A DNA stretch of 63,533 nt, counting the filler, from Octopus bimaculoides (taxonomy: Eukaryota), in the NCBI RefSeq assembly GCF_001194135.2. It is 5 parts of 5 records of this genome, joined end to end, with 100 filler letters (N's around TTAATTAATTAA, not from the genome) between each part and the next. Parts side by side here need not be neighbours in the genome. Positions count along the whole stretch, not along the records: positions 35,321 to 48,150 come from NC_069005.1; positions 48,251 to 61,056 come from NC_068982.1; 3 more parts are not named here. One strand, 5' to 3'. Position 1 is the first letter of the stretch. Each line of letters starts with the position of its first letter. Shown here one piece after another: positions 35,426-48,760 of this stretch. The notes under the pieces are model-generated. The model ran no database searches, was not told the origin of the DNA, and worked only from the letters and a program-made list of their open reading frames with translations. The translations under genes were made by a program, and so were the position numbers.

Positions 35426-36521
35426 GAGAGTATAAAAGGATGAATTATGTTGCCAGATATCGTGTTATCTCACAAATTGTTATAGATGCCGGCTATCCAC
35501 AGCGGTAAAATTACATGATACTCAGGCTTAAAAGAGATATTGGCATTGGTAAGCTTCACTCGTTTTCTAATTCCATGTTCCTATTCAAAACTGCAAATAT
35601 TCCGTAGAGTATATATATAACTGATAACGAAGAAGAGACTGGAGATTTTATTTACATCCAAAACATTTTTATTAAAATATTTTCTACGGCATATATAACA
35701 TTGACCTAACACTGACCTACATATATTTCGGCTGCAGCGACTGCACATTACTCTGTGTGCAACCATGCATCCTAGTCACTGCAGTTTTCATCAAGGGTCC
35801 ATCACTGACGACGTTTTGAAAAGGAACTGGTTTAAAACATGCGTCCTGCGTCGGTATTCAGTTGAAGGGGATAGCGTTACTTTTTAAATCCAATGAAATT
35901 CTGGTCTTATAATCGCCTTGTACTTATTCTATAGGTCTTTTTTGCCGAACCGTTAGTCCTTTAGTTCACTTCTTAAATGTTCACTTCTTTGATTTTTGGC
36001 GAGACATTCACATCCATCAGGCATCTGATCTCTACAACAGCGCATGACCCGCTTTCTGTCCCATAGAACAACATTTGGTTTATTGCGCTTATTGCGCTTG
36101 AGTCCTTGTTGATTTTGACCTCCATGCCCTCCACTGTGCTCGTGCTGATGTCGTAAACCAGAGAAGATATCGAAGCCAGAGAAGATTTGGAATTAACACG
36201 AAGTACAAACACAAAACTTTGTATTTACCACAGAGGTCATACTGGTCTATGACCTGTAGATATTTTACCAACATTCGTATGGCCTCAGTTGCCCATTTCG
36301 TATCTTTCAGGGGGCGTCATTATACCACCTTCCGAGGCTATTGACTGGTTCCTCTGCCACTGTTGGGATATTTTGGTTAGTTCCTGTGAACATGACTGTT
36401 TCCGCTAATTTCCCTTTCCGCTGAGAGGGGCTCCGGGATTTGTTTGGCTTAAACCTCATCATGGAAGATGCAATTACCTCGTCCAGATGTTTCAGCATCC
36501 TGCGTGTTTTATCCTTCTACG

Positions 36522-37137
36522 TGGAAAACACTTTTAGTAATAAGATAAATAAAAAGGTCACCAATTTAGCGATAAGATAATAATGTAGAAAGGTCACCGG
36601 TGAGAATCACAAAGTTCGTTGGATTTCTAGTCACCAATTTAATAAATGCCATTATAACGTGTATGACGTGAATGTAAAAACGAATATCAGAAGACATGTT
36701 TTTGTTGATAAAATATATTCGTTTATTTTGGATTGTGTGTGAATGTAAAATTTACAAGAACATCAAAGAACTAGAGCTATGGAGCGAGACATGTATAAGC
36801 TGCGAAATGAAATCAGATAAAACGAAATGAGCTGCACGTCGTTAGTTGTAAACGCTATAATCAATTCATGGCAGAAACATTGATGTAACACTAGAGCCGT
36901 TACATCTGCAATCGGTTAAGCTGGAGGTGAACATAGAACAGGTGCCACATAATAGAAAATGATGTTTCTTCCTCGCTGTTAAATCTGCAACTGGCTTAGC
37001 TCTTTCAAAATAGGCGCGTTTTACTGCTGAGCAGAAGTTGCTACATGTATTACTACATCGCTAACTTTGACTGTCTGGCATCTGCCAAAGCACAACTGAA
37101 TATAGCCACAGCGACAAAATAGGTCTTTCATGTTTCA
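36522..37137. mobile_element. 616-bp TG...CA insertion inside the LINE RT (candidate solo LTR or DNA-element remnant)
   Basis: Splits FMDDTTVC from KTRRML; flanked by CTACG (36517-36521) and CTACA (37138-37142); ends TGGAAAACA...TGTTTCA. Confidence 0.5.
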
Positions 37138-37667
37138 CTACAGACTGTAGTGTCGTCCATGAAGACATTTTGAGGTGTCATCCGCCATCCTACTTCGCTG
37201 GAGCTGACCGTCCCATTTCTGCCTTCAGGATGATCTCCAGTACCAACACAAATAATACAGGGGAGATTGCACTGACCATTGCTATGACCACTTCTAAATC
37301 GATCCAAACAACTGTGTAAACTTTGGTGGGGAAACGCACAGAAAAACCAAGGAAAAACTTCATCAACATTTCTCTGATGTTCTTTAGAGTATGATAAATC
37401 TGAAGAGCTTGTTTCATCATCTTGTATAGGATCGAACTGTAGGCATTTGACAGATCGAGACATACCACACCAAACCAATATCTCTTATCGGCTCTAGTTC
37501 TTTGGATTGCTCGCTAAACCAAAGGTATATGTACTATATAACTTGACATTCCTGAGTTGTCTCCTTTCTGAACTGTCATATCCAAGAACTTATTCTCTGT
37601 GAGATATTTAGTTATCCTTGCTGCCATAACAGAGAAGATTTTTCCTTCAGCATTCAATAGGCGCTGT

Positions 37668-37835
37668 TGTGGCTGTGTGCTAAGAAACTTGATTCACAAC
37701 CATATGGTTCCGGGTTCAGTCCCATTGCGTGGCACCTTGAGTAAGTGTCTTCTACTATAGCCTCGGGTCAACCAAATCCTTGTGAGTGGATTTGGTAGAC
37801 GGAAACTGAAAGAAGCTTGTCGTATACACACACAT

Positions 37836-37915
<80 letters not shown>

Positions 37916-38163
37916 CCTCCCCACCACCACCTGACAATCGGTATTGGTGTGCTTTACATTCCAGCAACTTAGTAGATCAGCAAAAGACACCAATAAAATG
38001 AGTACCAGGCTTTACAAAAAAAAAAACAACAAAAAACAAAACAAAAACAAAAAACAAAGTACTGGGGTCGATTCGTTCGACCAAACGGTCTTTGAGGCGG
38101 TGCTCCAATGCTCCAGCATGACCTCAGTCTAATGACTGAATCGAAGTAAAAAAAAATTAAAAG
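37668..38163 (+). mobile_element. SINE-B inserted in the HERO/NeSL-like LINE
   Basis: Full head, (TG)n of about 70 bp, core and tail. Confidence 0.88.
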
Positions 38164-38700
38164 TCAGAAAGATAACAACTGAGAAGTGATATTGATCTGG
38201 ATCGGCTGATATCGATTGAGTTCTTCTCTTTCGGAATGTATTCTTCTTCGGCTTTCTCCCATTGATCACTCATCTTCAAGTTCCTCCATACTGACCATAT
38301 CAATTTGTGGCATCATTCAAGGACACTGGGAAACTTAGCTGCTATGTTTAGTAAGCTGGGTGACCAGGTAGAGGCCGTCTCGATCGCTTCTAAATGGATT
38401 ATTTTGTAAGTTTTGTGAGACGTTTTTCACTCAAATATCTTTCCACTTAACTCATTATTTGAATTGTTTAGAAATAGCTTAGCTTGTTTTTGTTTTAGTT
38501 AATTGAAATTTCGGAACTATAATTAATCATTAACCTATTTTTTTTCCTCTTCCTCCTCACCACGGGTGTAATTTTCAATCAATTAATCTTTCGCTTAATT
38601 AATTCGTTTAGGACCAACTTAACGATTCGGTTGTAATAAATTTTATTGTCGTGAATATCTGATACAACACAAACAGTGAATCAAGACGACAACTGACAAA

Positions 38701-38733
<33 letters not shown>

Positions 38734-38920
38734 GTATAGACAAATATAAAGAAAAACAATTGGTTCTTCCGTCTCTTTCGACGACGAATATTTCAGTTGT
38801 TCGATACATTGTACTCACTTGTGTATTGGACAGGCTCGTGTACCATTAACGTAATACGCAACCAGACTGATCACATGATGCAGTTCCGGACAAAGCTGAC
38901 CCTCTCAGCAAGAAGTACAT

Positions 38921-39313
38921 TTTTTTACTTCTTTCAGTCACTTGACTGCGGCCATGCTAGGGCACCGCCTTAAAGGGTTTCAATCGAAGAAACAGATCCC
39001 AGGAATTATTCTTTGTAAACCTAGTACTTATTCTATCGGTTTCTTATACCGATCCGCTAAGTTATGAGGGCGTAAACACACCAACATCGATCGTCAAGCG
39101 ATGGTGGGGGTGGGCAATAACAGGTACAAATGCACACACACACACACATACGACAGGCTTCTTTCAGTTTCCGTCTACCAAATCCACTCACAAGGCTTTA
39201 GTCGGCCCGAGGCTATAGTAGAAGACATTTGTACAAGGTGTCACACAGTGGGACTGAACCCGGAGCCATGTGGTTGTGAAACAAGCTTCTTACCACACAG
39301 CCACGACTTCGCC
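38921..39313 (-). mobile_element. SINE-B (variant 3' region)
   Basis: Reverse complement of the complete family B architecture. Confidence 0.88.
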
Positions 39314-40040
39314 TATATATATATATATNNNNNNNNNNNNNNNNNNNNNNNNNNNNNNNNNNNNNNNNNNNNNNNNNNNNNNNNNNNNNNNNNNNNNNNN
39401 NNNNNNNNNNNNNNNNNNNNNNNNNNNNNNNNNNNNNNNNNNNNNNNNNNNNNNNNNNNNNNNNNNNNNNNNNNNNNNNNNNNNNNNNNNNNNNNNNNNN
39501 NNNNNNNNNNNNNNNNNNNNNNNNNNNNNNNNNNNNNNNNNNNNNNNNNNNNNNNNNNNNNNNNNNNNNNNNNNNNNNNNNNNNNNNNNNNNNNNNNNNN
39601 NNNNNNNNNNNNNNNNNNNNNNNNNNNNNNNNNNNNNNNNNNNNNNNNNNNNNNNNNNNNNNNNNNNNNNNNNNNNNNNNNNNNNNNNNNNNNNNNNNNN
39701 NNNNNNNNNNNNNNNNNNNNNNNNNNNNNNNNNNNNNNNNNNNNNNNNNNNNNNNNNNNNNNNNNNNNNNNNNNNNNNCCTATGTACTCAATTATACACT
39801 GCGGCGATGGCTAAAACTTGAAGTATTTAAACAGACTATACAAAATCTATTTTGTATTATTTGGAACATTACTAAAAAACGTGTGTGTGTGTGTGTGCGT
39901 GCGTTAAAGTGAATGGACAGCCACTTTCCCTCGCCTCCTAATTTTTCTTATGCCTTTCTTAAGAGGTTTTTATACCCAAAATATCAGGAACGTTAAGCAA
40001 CCCCCCCACACGCGCACACAGACACACACATAGATACATT

Positions 40041-40091
<51 letters not shown>

Positions 40092-40389
40092 CTTTTATCT
40101 TTTACTGGTTAGGGTTAGGGCTGAGGTCATGCTGGTGCACCTATATATATATATACACACACACACACAAAGGGTGCCCTCTTCCCTTACCTCTTCCCTC
40201 TCTTTCATTCATTGCAGGATTTTAATTTCACGTGACATCAAACAGTTCAACAGCTTTGTTGACTGGAGTTCCAGCCATCCGTGACCCAACAATTTGTCCC
40301 ATTCAGAAATCAGACAGGTCACACGTTTCAACATATAGCCTTATTTGAATATAAATGTGTGCGAAAACAACCAACCGACCAGCCAACCT

Positions 40390-40598
40390 GTGAGCTGGCA
40401 GAATCGTTAGCACGCCGGGCGAAATGCTTGGCGGCATTTCGTCTGTCGTTCTGAGTTCAAATAACGCCGAGGTCGACTTTGCCTTTCATCCTTTCGGGAT
40501 AGATTAATTAATTACCAGTTGCGTACTGGGGTCGATTTAATCGATTGCCCCTCCCCTCTCTCCCAAAATTTCAGGCCTTGTGCTTATAGTAGAAAGGA
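40390..40598 (+). mobile_element. SINE-A, type-1 tail
   Basis: GTGAGCTGGCAGAATCGTTAGCACGCCGGGCGAAATG...TTTCAGGCCTTGTGCTTATAGTAGAAAGG. Confidence 0.9.
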
Positions 40599-41411
40599 AA
40601 TATGCAACCAGGTTGCTCGGATTAAATTTGACATTTTGCATAAAAGAAAAAAAAGGTCACATTCCATCCCAAAATATTTCTTTCAAACTTTTCCATTATC
40701 CTATTTCTGTTGAAATATTCTGTCTTTGTTTCAATTAATTTTGAAAATAATGAAAAACTTAGCATAANNNNNNNNNNNNNNNNNNNNNNNNNNNNNNNNN
40801 NNNNNNNNNNNNNNNNNNNNNNNNNNNNNNNNNNNNNNNNNNNNNNNNNNNNNNNNNNNNNNNNNNNNNNNNNNNNNNNNNNNNNNNNNNNNNNNNNNNN
40901 NNNNNNNNNNNNNNNNNNNNNNNNNNNNNNNNNNNNNNNNNNNNNNNNNNNNNNNNNNNNNNNNNNNNNNNNNNNNNNNNNNNNNNNNNNNNNNNNNNNN
41001 NNNNNNNNNNNNNNNNNNNNNNNNNNNNNNNNNNNNNNNNNNNNNNNNNNNNNNNNNNNNNNNNNNNNNNNNNNNNNNNNNNNNNNNNNNNNNNNNNNNN
41101 NNNNNNNNNNNNNNNNNNNNNNNNNNNNNNNNNNNNNNNNNNNNNNNNNNNNNNNNNNNNNNNNNNNNNNNNNNNNNNNNNNNNNNNNNNNNNNNNNNNN
41201 NNNNNNNNNNNNNNNNNNNNNNNNNNNNNGGGATTCATTTTTAGTATTCTCGTTTGTGAGAGCAATCGAGTTTATTTCAAATATTTTCATTTTAAAAATC
41301 ATCTCCGGCCAATCGTTCAGAGGACATGGGTGTTGCCTTGGCGGAGGTTTGTGCTCTCTGAGTGCTCTTGTTGTTGTTGTTGTTCTTCTTCTTCTTATTA
41401 TTATTATTATT

Positions 41412-41871
41412 GCGGCGAGCTGGCAGAATCGTTAGCACGCTGGACGAAATGCTCAGCAGTATTTCGTCCGTTCTTACGTTCTGCGTTCAAATTCCGCCGA
41501 GGTCGACTGCGCCTTTCATCCCTCCGGGGTCGATAAAATAAGTACCAGTTGAACACTGGGGTCGATGTAATCGACAAATCCTCCATCTCTCCCAAGCTGT
41601 CCTTGCGGCAAAAATTTGAAATAATAATAATTCTTATTATTAAGGCGGTGAGCTGGCAGAATCGTCAGCACGTCGGGCGAAATGCTTGGCGGTATTTCGC
41701 CTGCTGTCACGTTCTGGGTTCGAATTCCGCCGAGGTCCACTTTGCCCTTCACCCTTTCGGGGTCGATAAATTAGTACCAGTTACGCGCTGAGGTCGGTGT
41801 AATCGATTTAATCTCTTCCCTCAAGTTTGCGGTCTTGTGCTTTCAACAGAAATGTTTATTATTATTATTAT
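41412..41871 (+). mobile_element. Two head-to-tail SINE-A copies (41412-41640 type-2 tail; 41644-41871 type-1-like tail)
   Basis: Both start after ATT-rich tracts and end in them. Confidence 0.9.
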
Positions 41872-42351
41872 TGAGTGAGAGAGCAGTGCATGTCATCAAA
41901 GTGACACTGGGGTAAAATATACGAAGCCCATTATACCCATCATGACTACCCGTCTAAGGGTACACCAGGCACATGCATCACAACCATGTGTAGGCGACAT
42001 GGTGACCTCATATCGAGATTAACAACGCATGACCTCGCAGGTGGGGCCCAGTTATAATTTACTTCAGGACGAGTAGCCCATCCCGCTCAAAAGGTCCCTG
42101 AATAAGGTTTGTTTAAGGATGTTGAACAAAACACCCATGTTTCCAAAAGTGAATTATTCAAACCCCAAAGAATTCCTCTCAACACATGGCTATGATGCTC
42201 CCCGACTACTTCTGCTCATGATCAGAGATGCACATATCGTCAGCCACCAAGGGACATGTTCAGCTGGTTAAGGTCAAACAACTGACAAGCAAATCTGTGG
42301 TATTAAGCAGAATATTTGCTGTAGCCCGTCTTTTTATACCAAGACAAAACA
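41872..42351 (-). mobile_element. Interspersed element flanked by (ATT)n on both sides, probably a 5'-truncated retroelement 3' end
   Basis: ATTATT|GAGTGAGAGAGCAGTGC...AAGACAAAACA|TATTATT; no ORF or TIRs. Orientation and class are inferred. Confidence 0.55.
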
Positions 42352-42365
42352 TATTATTATTATTA

Positions 42366-42407
<42 letters not shown>

Positions 42408-42867
42408 TTCTTCTTCTTATTNNNNNNNNNNNNNNNNNNNNNNNNNNNNNNNNNNNNNNNNNNNNNNNNNNNNNNNNNNNNNNNNNNNNNNNNNNNNNNN
42501 NNNNNNNNNNNNNNNNNNNNNNNNNNNNNNNNNNNNNNNNNNNNNNNNNNNNNNNNNNNNNNNNNNNNNNNNNNNNNNNNNNNNNNNNNNNNNNNNNNNN
42601 NNNNNNNNNNNNNNNNNNNNNNNNNNNNNNNNNNNNNNNNNNNNNNNNNNNNNNNNNNNNNNNNNNNNNNNNNNNNNNNNNNNNNNNNNNNNNNNNNNNN
42701 NNNNNNNNNNNNNNNNNNNNNNNNNNNNNNNNNNNNNNNNNNNNNNNNNNNNNNNNNNNNNNNNNNNNNNNNNNNNNNNNNNNNNNNNNNNNNNNNNNNN
42801 NNNNNNNNNNNNNNNNCACATACATACATATATGTATGCGTATGCGTGTGCGTGCGTGGCTCTATAT

Positions 42868-43200
42868 CGGAGACCCCTTTCGGTCACGAATGACCATGGG
42901 ATTGCACCTAGAAAGTTACCCTCCCAGGCACAAGTCTGGGCAAGGTTGTATTATGGAAGACCAGCAGTCACCCATGCATACCAACCTCCCCTCTCCACGC
43001 CACTGATGTTATCCAAGGGGAAAGGCAAAGGGGCCGATACAGTTTGACACCAGTGACGTCGCAACTCATTTCTACAGCTGAGTGAACTGGAGCAACGTGA
43101 AATAAAGTGTCTTGCTCAAGAACACAACACGCAGCCTGGTCCGGGATTCGAACTCACAACCTCACGGTCGTAAATTCGATGCTCTAACAACTGAGCCATG
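42868..43200 (-). mobile_element. tRNA-derived SINE family D
   Basis: Reverse complement CATGGCTCAGTTGTTAGAGC (A box), GAGTTCGAATCCC (B box), GTTCTTGAGCAAGACACTTTATTTCACGTTGCTCCAGTTCACTCAGCTGTAGAAATGAG. Confidence 0.85.
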
Positions 43201-43254
43201 ATTTGTATCCCCCTGAGATACAAATAAAATGGTTTATGTCTGCCATTTGTTATG

Positions 43255-43843
43255 ATATCGAGCGACGAAACCGTTCTGCACGCACACGTGCAGTGTCCAA
43301 CCATTTCGGACCTGTGGGCTTATGCCGAACAGCTGCTGTCACGTGTGGGACGAATTCGGTTGTCGGCCGAGTCTATCGTGAAAATTGCTACGCCACCTTC
43401 CCTTAACTAGAGCGAAAGGTTTAGAGACAAACACTTTCCTCTCTGGCCAATCGCTCAGAGAGGCAAGTTTTGTCTCATGAAAGATTCAATAAAAGGTGGG
43501 TGAATGCAGCAAAGATTGAACGCACGAATGACGAAACCACTTTGAGCATAATCCTGTAAATCCAAAAAAGAGAGAACACTTTGCTCTCATGTGTTTTTTT
43601 CCCCTCCCTGCCTGAGGTTACCGTGGTCTTTTTCGTAGGCTTTTCTTTGCACGGATAAACCTAATCTGTTTTTTACATTTTTGTTCTGTTTTGTGATACA
43701 CGATCCCTTTTGAACGTTTTTTTTTACACGATCCTTTTCGATCGGAATTTTTTTCCTCTTTTTTCTATTTTCTTTCGAAAAGAAAAGCCCTACATTGTAT
43801 TTTGTCCCGTCTGTGTTCGGCCCTGTGTGGCTAATACAGAAAG
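43255..43843 (+). mobile_element. L1/Tx1-like LINE 3' end (zinc-binding C-terminus and 3' UTR)
   Basis: SDETVLHAHVQCPTISDLWAYAEQLLSRVGRIRLSAESIVKIATPPSL; KGLETNTFLSGQSL/ERQVLSHERFNKRWVNAAKIERTNDETTLSIIL* (stop 43557-43559); T-rich UTR ending GGCTAATACAGAAA. Confidence 0.7.
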
Positions 43844-44324
43844 TTATCTATCTACCTACCAATCGATCAGCCGATCTATCTATCTATCTATCCATATGCT
43901 GTCTCTCTCTCTCTGCTGTCTCTATCTGTGTCTGTCTGTCTCTCTGTCTATCTATCTATCTATCTATCTATCTGTCTCTCCATCCGTCTGCTGTCTCTCC
44001 CCCTCTCTCTCTCTATCTATCTACCTGTCTTGCAGTTCTATATTTAAGAATAATGTAAATAATGTATCTACCTGTCTGTCTGTCTGTCACTCTTCCCCCG
44101 TCTCTCTGTCTCTGTTTCCCCCCTCTCTCTCTCTCTATCTATCTATCTGTCTTATCTATCTACATACTGCATTTGCACACATTATTATTAGCAAATGCAA
44201 AAGCTTCGTTCGCTCTCTGTCAAGTCCTCCGTATGTAGCGTGATAGTCACTGCCATGTTGCGTGGGTGTATGGCTGTGTGCATGTACAGATGTGTGTGGG
44301 AAGAAACGACAACACTGGAATAAG

Positions 44325-44760
44325 AGCGTCACTTAACTCTCACATGAGTGGCTACTCCCCATGAATGGCTACTCACACCTGCTGTTATCTGAGCGCTCAC
44401 TCCACTCGTCCACATCTCACTCAAGTAACAGCTCAGTCCCTTCCTAACACCTGATCTCTCATTCATCTTCCTCGCTCACTCGCTCAAGTACTCACTCACA
44501 CCTGTTAACATATGAACTGTCACTCACCTTCAGCTTCACTCACGCGAGTGCGAGTAATCACTCAACTCTGTTGCCATTCATATTCCGTACTTACTTACTA
44601 AGCTGGTCATTCATTGCTTCTTTCACTGACTCATTCAAGCGGACACTCACCTTCTTCATCCACTCAAGTACCAAACACTCCACTGTTGTCACCTGACTTT
44701 CCACTCATCGCCTCTTTTACTCATTCAAGTAGCCACTCACCTTCGTAAATCACTCACTAA
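44325..44760. repeat. Degenerate CACTCA-rich minisatellite-like tract
   Basis: Recurrent CACTCA(C/A), TCAAGTA and CACTCACCTTC motifs. Confidence 0.55.
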
Positions 44761-44928
44761 AGCAGTGTTGTGAGATGACGGCCAACATCGCCGCCACCAC
44801 CACTACTACTACCACTACTACTACTACTACCACTACTACCGGAGGTAGACCTGAGGTTATATAACAGCAGCAGCAGTAGTGGTGATGGTATTGACAGCGC
44901 ATCATCTGCAGCAGCAGCAGCAGCAGTT

Positions 44929-44959
<31 letters not shown>

Positions 44960-45357
44960 CAGCAGCAGCAGCAAGAACAGCATGCAGTGAGACTACAATT
45001 GCGATAACAACAACAACAACAACAACAATAGCTTGACATTCGCAGGAGCAACAATTGCGGTAACAATCGTCATCATCATCATCATCATCATCGTCATCGT
45101 CATCATAAAGAAATAGCTGAACACAAGGTCTAGTAATCATTGCGTGCGGGCGTGCGTGTATACATACATACATACATACATACATACATACATACATACN
45201 NNNNNNNNNTACATACATACATACATACATACATACATACATACATACAAATCTGTCTGTGTCTATCTGTATAATTTATTTACTTGTGTCAGTCATCGGA
45301 CTGTGGCCATACTGGGGCACCACCTTGACATACACAGACAGACAGACAGACAGACAG

Positions 45358-45393
<36 letters not shown>

Positions 45394-46057
45394 GTATATG
45401 TATACATATATGCATATATCTGTGTGTGGATATATGCATATAACTGTGTGTGTATATGTATGTATGTATGTAAGTACGTATGNNNNNNNNNNNNNNNNNN
45501 NNNNNNNNNNNNNNNNNNNNNNNNNNNNNNNNNNNNNNNNNNNNNNNNNNNNNNNNNNNNNNNNNNNNNNNNNNNNNNNNNNNNNNNNNNNNNNNNNNNN
45601 NNNNNNNNNNNNNNNNNNNNNNNNNNNNNNNNNNNNNNNNNNNNNNNNNNNNNNNNNNNNNNNNNNNNNNNNNNNNNNNNNNNNNNNNNNNNNNNNNNNN
45701 NNNNNNNNNNNNNNNNNNNNNNNNNNNNNNNNNNNNNNNNNNNNNNNNNNNNNNNNNNNNNNNNNNNNNNNNNNNNNNNNNNNNNNNNNNNNNNNNNNNN
45801 NNNNNNNNNNNNNNNNNNNNNNNNNNNNNNNNNNNNNNNNNNNNNNNNNNNNNNNNNNNNNNNNNNNNNNNNNNNNNNNNNNNNNNNNNNNNNNNNNNNN
45901 NNNNNNNNNNNNNNNNNNNNNNNNNNNNNNNNNNNNNNNNNNNNNNNNNNNNNNNNNNNNNNNNNNNNNNNNNNNNNNNNNNNNNNNNNNNNNNNNNNNN
46001 NNNNNNNNNNNNNNNNNNNNNNNNNNNNNNNNNNNNNNNNNNNNNNNNNNNNNNNNN

Positions 46058-46114
<57 letters not shown>

Positions 46115-46300
46115 ATGTGTGTTATATATATCATATTTTACGTTATATTATATTATGCTATTATACATTATCATCGGGATGCTAATAGTACACACACACA
46201 CACACACACACATTAACACACACACACATACACACACACGCACATGTATATATCCAGATGCATATGTGTATGCGCGTGTGTGTATGTATATATTTATAAA

Positions 46301-46338
<38 letters not shown>

Positions 46339-47057
46339 ATAAATGTATATAGATTTACATGTATATATACATATATATATATACATGTGCATATACATAT
46401 TTATGTGTGTGTGTATATATATATATATTATATATAAAGAAATATATATACAAATATATATATGTATATATATAAGTATATATATACATACATGTAGATC
46501 TACATATAAACACATCTATCAATCTATCTATCTGTCTGTCTATCTGTGTATCTATCTATCTATCCATCTATCTATTATAATATGCGCAAACATGCGTATA
46601 TATATTAATCCTATCACTCGTTCTGTAACTGTGTCAGTTCGTCTTTCCTCCGCTCTTTCACTCTTTCTTACATCCAAGCACATGAAGTCTCTCCCGCGCG
46701 CGAAACACATCCACACTTGCACGCACACACACACACACATACAAATATATATATACAGATGTATGTCTGTTTGGGTGAGTATGTCAATGAACAAATACAT
46801 AGATGTGTGTGCGTATACACACACACACACACACGCATGCATGCATGTGCGTGTTTGTCACTGTGTATATAAACATTCGCTCATACACACATGTACATAT
46901 ACATAAATATAAATAATCGTACATATCTAGAAATACATTTATCGACACTATCTATCCGTCCATCTATCCATCGATCGATCGATCGATCTATCTGTCAATG
47001 TGTCTATCTATCTATATATATATCTATCGATCTGCCAGTTTGTTTTCCCCTATATTG

Positions 47058-47375
<318 letters not shown>

Positions 47376-47614
47376 ACATTGCCTTACACATTCTTACACT
47401 AATACACACACACATACACACACACGCACTCACATACTTAAGCAACCACATACAATTATAAGCATACACACATTCATGCAAATACACACATACACATACA
47501 TAGGCATACACATACATAGGCATACACATACAGAAACAGACACTCAAACATACATTCACTCATACAAACACGTGTATACGCATAGAAGACCACTCATATA
47601 CACACATACATATA

Positions 47615-47815
47615 CATACACATGCACTGATATGTACACGTACACACACACATATAGACAACCACACACACACACACATATAGACAACCACACACACACA
47701 CATATATACACATGCACTGATATGTACACGTACACACACACACATAGACACAACCACACACACACACATATATACACACGCACTGATATGTACACGTACA
47801 CACACACTCACTCAT
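47615..47815. repeat. Minisatellite built on GCACTGATATGTACACGTACACAC, 3 copies
   Basis: Directly visible near 47623, 47713 and 47780. Confidence 0.8.
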
Positions 47816-48250
47816 ACACACGTACTAACACATATGTACACGTACAGAAACACATACACCTATACACACACACATATATATACATATATACACGCGTACC
47901 ATATTTCTTGAAAACATTTCTTACGGCGATGAACAGCTTTGAGATGCAACACAAAGAGGCTACCGCCGCCGCCGCCGCCATCACCGCCGCCATCACCGCC
48001 GCCGCCATAACCACAACCACCACCACCACCATAAACAGCCTCGTCCAAATTACTTCCATTGTCACACCACCACCACTAATAACATCGCCGCCACCCCCAC
48101 CACCATCACCATCATCATTACAACAACAACCACCACCACCACCACCACCANNNNNNNNNNNNNNNNNNNNNNNNNNNNNNNNNNNNNNNNNNNNTTAATT
48201 AATTAANNNNNNNNNNNNNNNNNNNNNNNNNNNNNNNNNNNNNNNNNNNN

Positions 48251-48449
48251 CAACAGAAACAGGAAGTAAGAGTGAGAGAAAGTTGTGGTGAAAGAGTACA
48301 GCAGGGTTCGCCACCATCCCTTGCCGGAGCCTTGTGGAGCTTTTAGGTGTTTACGCTCAATAAACACTCACAACACCCGGTCTGGGAATCGAAACTGCGA
48401 TCCTATGACCGCGAGTCCGCTGCCCTAACCACTGGGCCATTGCGCCTCC
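48251..48449 (-). mobile_element. SINE-C 5' half (cut by the spacer)
   Basis: Near-identical to 30055-30252. Confidence 0.9.
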
Positions 48450-48482
<33 letters not shown>

Positions 48483-48512
48483 CACACACACACATATATA
48501 CATACATATATA

Positions 48513-48727
48513 CGAGGAGCGCTGAAAAGTTCCTGTCTTTGAGTAAAAGAAAATATAGGAGGATCATTTAATTACGATTTTGTTCAACATATTTCCCTCA
48601 AAAACTCACACACTTATTGCAGCAGTCCTTCAGTTTCATTAAGCCCTGTAAAAGAACTAGGTAGGTTGGGCCTCCAACTAGGCCTTTCGTGATACCCTTA
48701 AAGGTAGGTACTTTTCAGCAGCCCCTC

Positions 48728-48728
<1 letters not shown>
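48513..48728 (-). mobile_element. Mariner-derived MITE
   Basis: TA|CGAGGAGCGCTGAAAAGTTCCTG ... AGGTACTTTTCAGCAGCCCCTCA|TA; second copy in opposite orientation at 57629-57833. Confidence 0.85.

Positions 48729-48760
<32 letters not shown>

Larger units (their letters stand above)
35965..38400 (-). mobile_element. Decayed RLE-type non-LTR retrotransposon RT region (HERO/NeSL-like), interrupted twice
   Basis: Minus strand HKLIWSVWRNLKMSDQWEKAEEEYIPKEKNSIDISRSRSISLL|LLNAEGKIF; LDLSNAYSSILYK...LEVVIAMVSAISPVLFVLVLEIILK; NVFMDDTTVC|KTRRMLKHLD...FKPNKSRS...IPTVAEEPVNSLGRWY; LCGKYKVLCLYFVLIPNLLW...STVEGMEVKINK. Clade assignment is from memory of motifs. Confidence 0.75.

Noticed and set aside
35804-35850. 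CTGACGA...GAAA hammerhead-like spacing
   Set aside because: No G-C pair closing stem II, and stems I and III cannot be formed.
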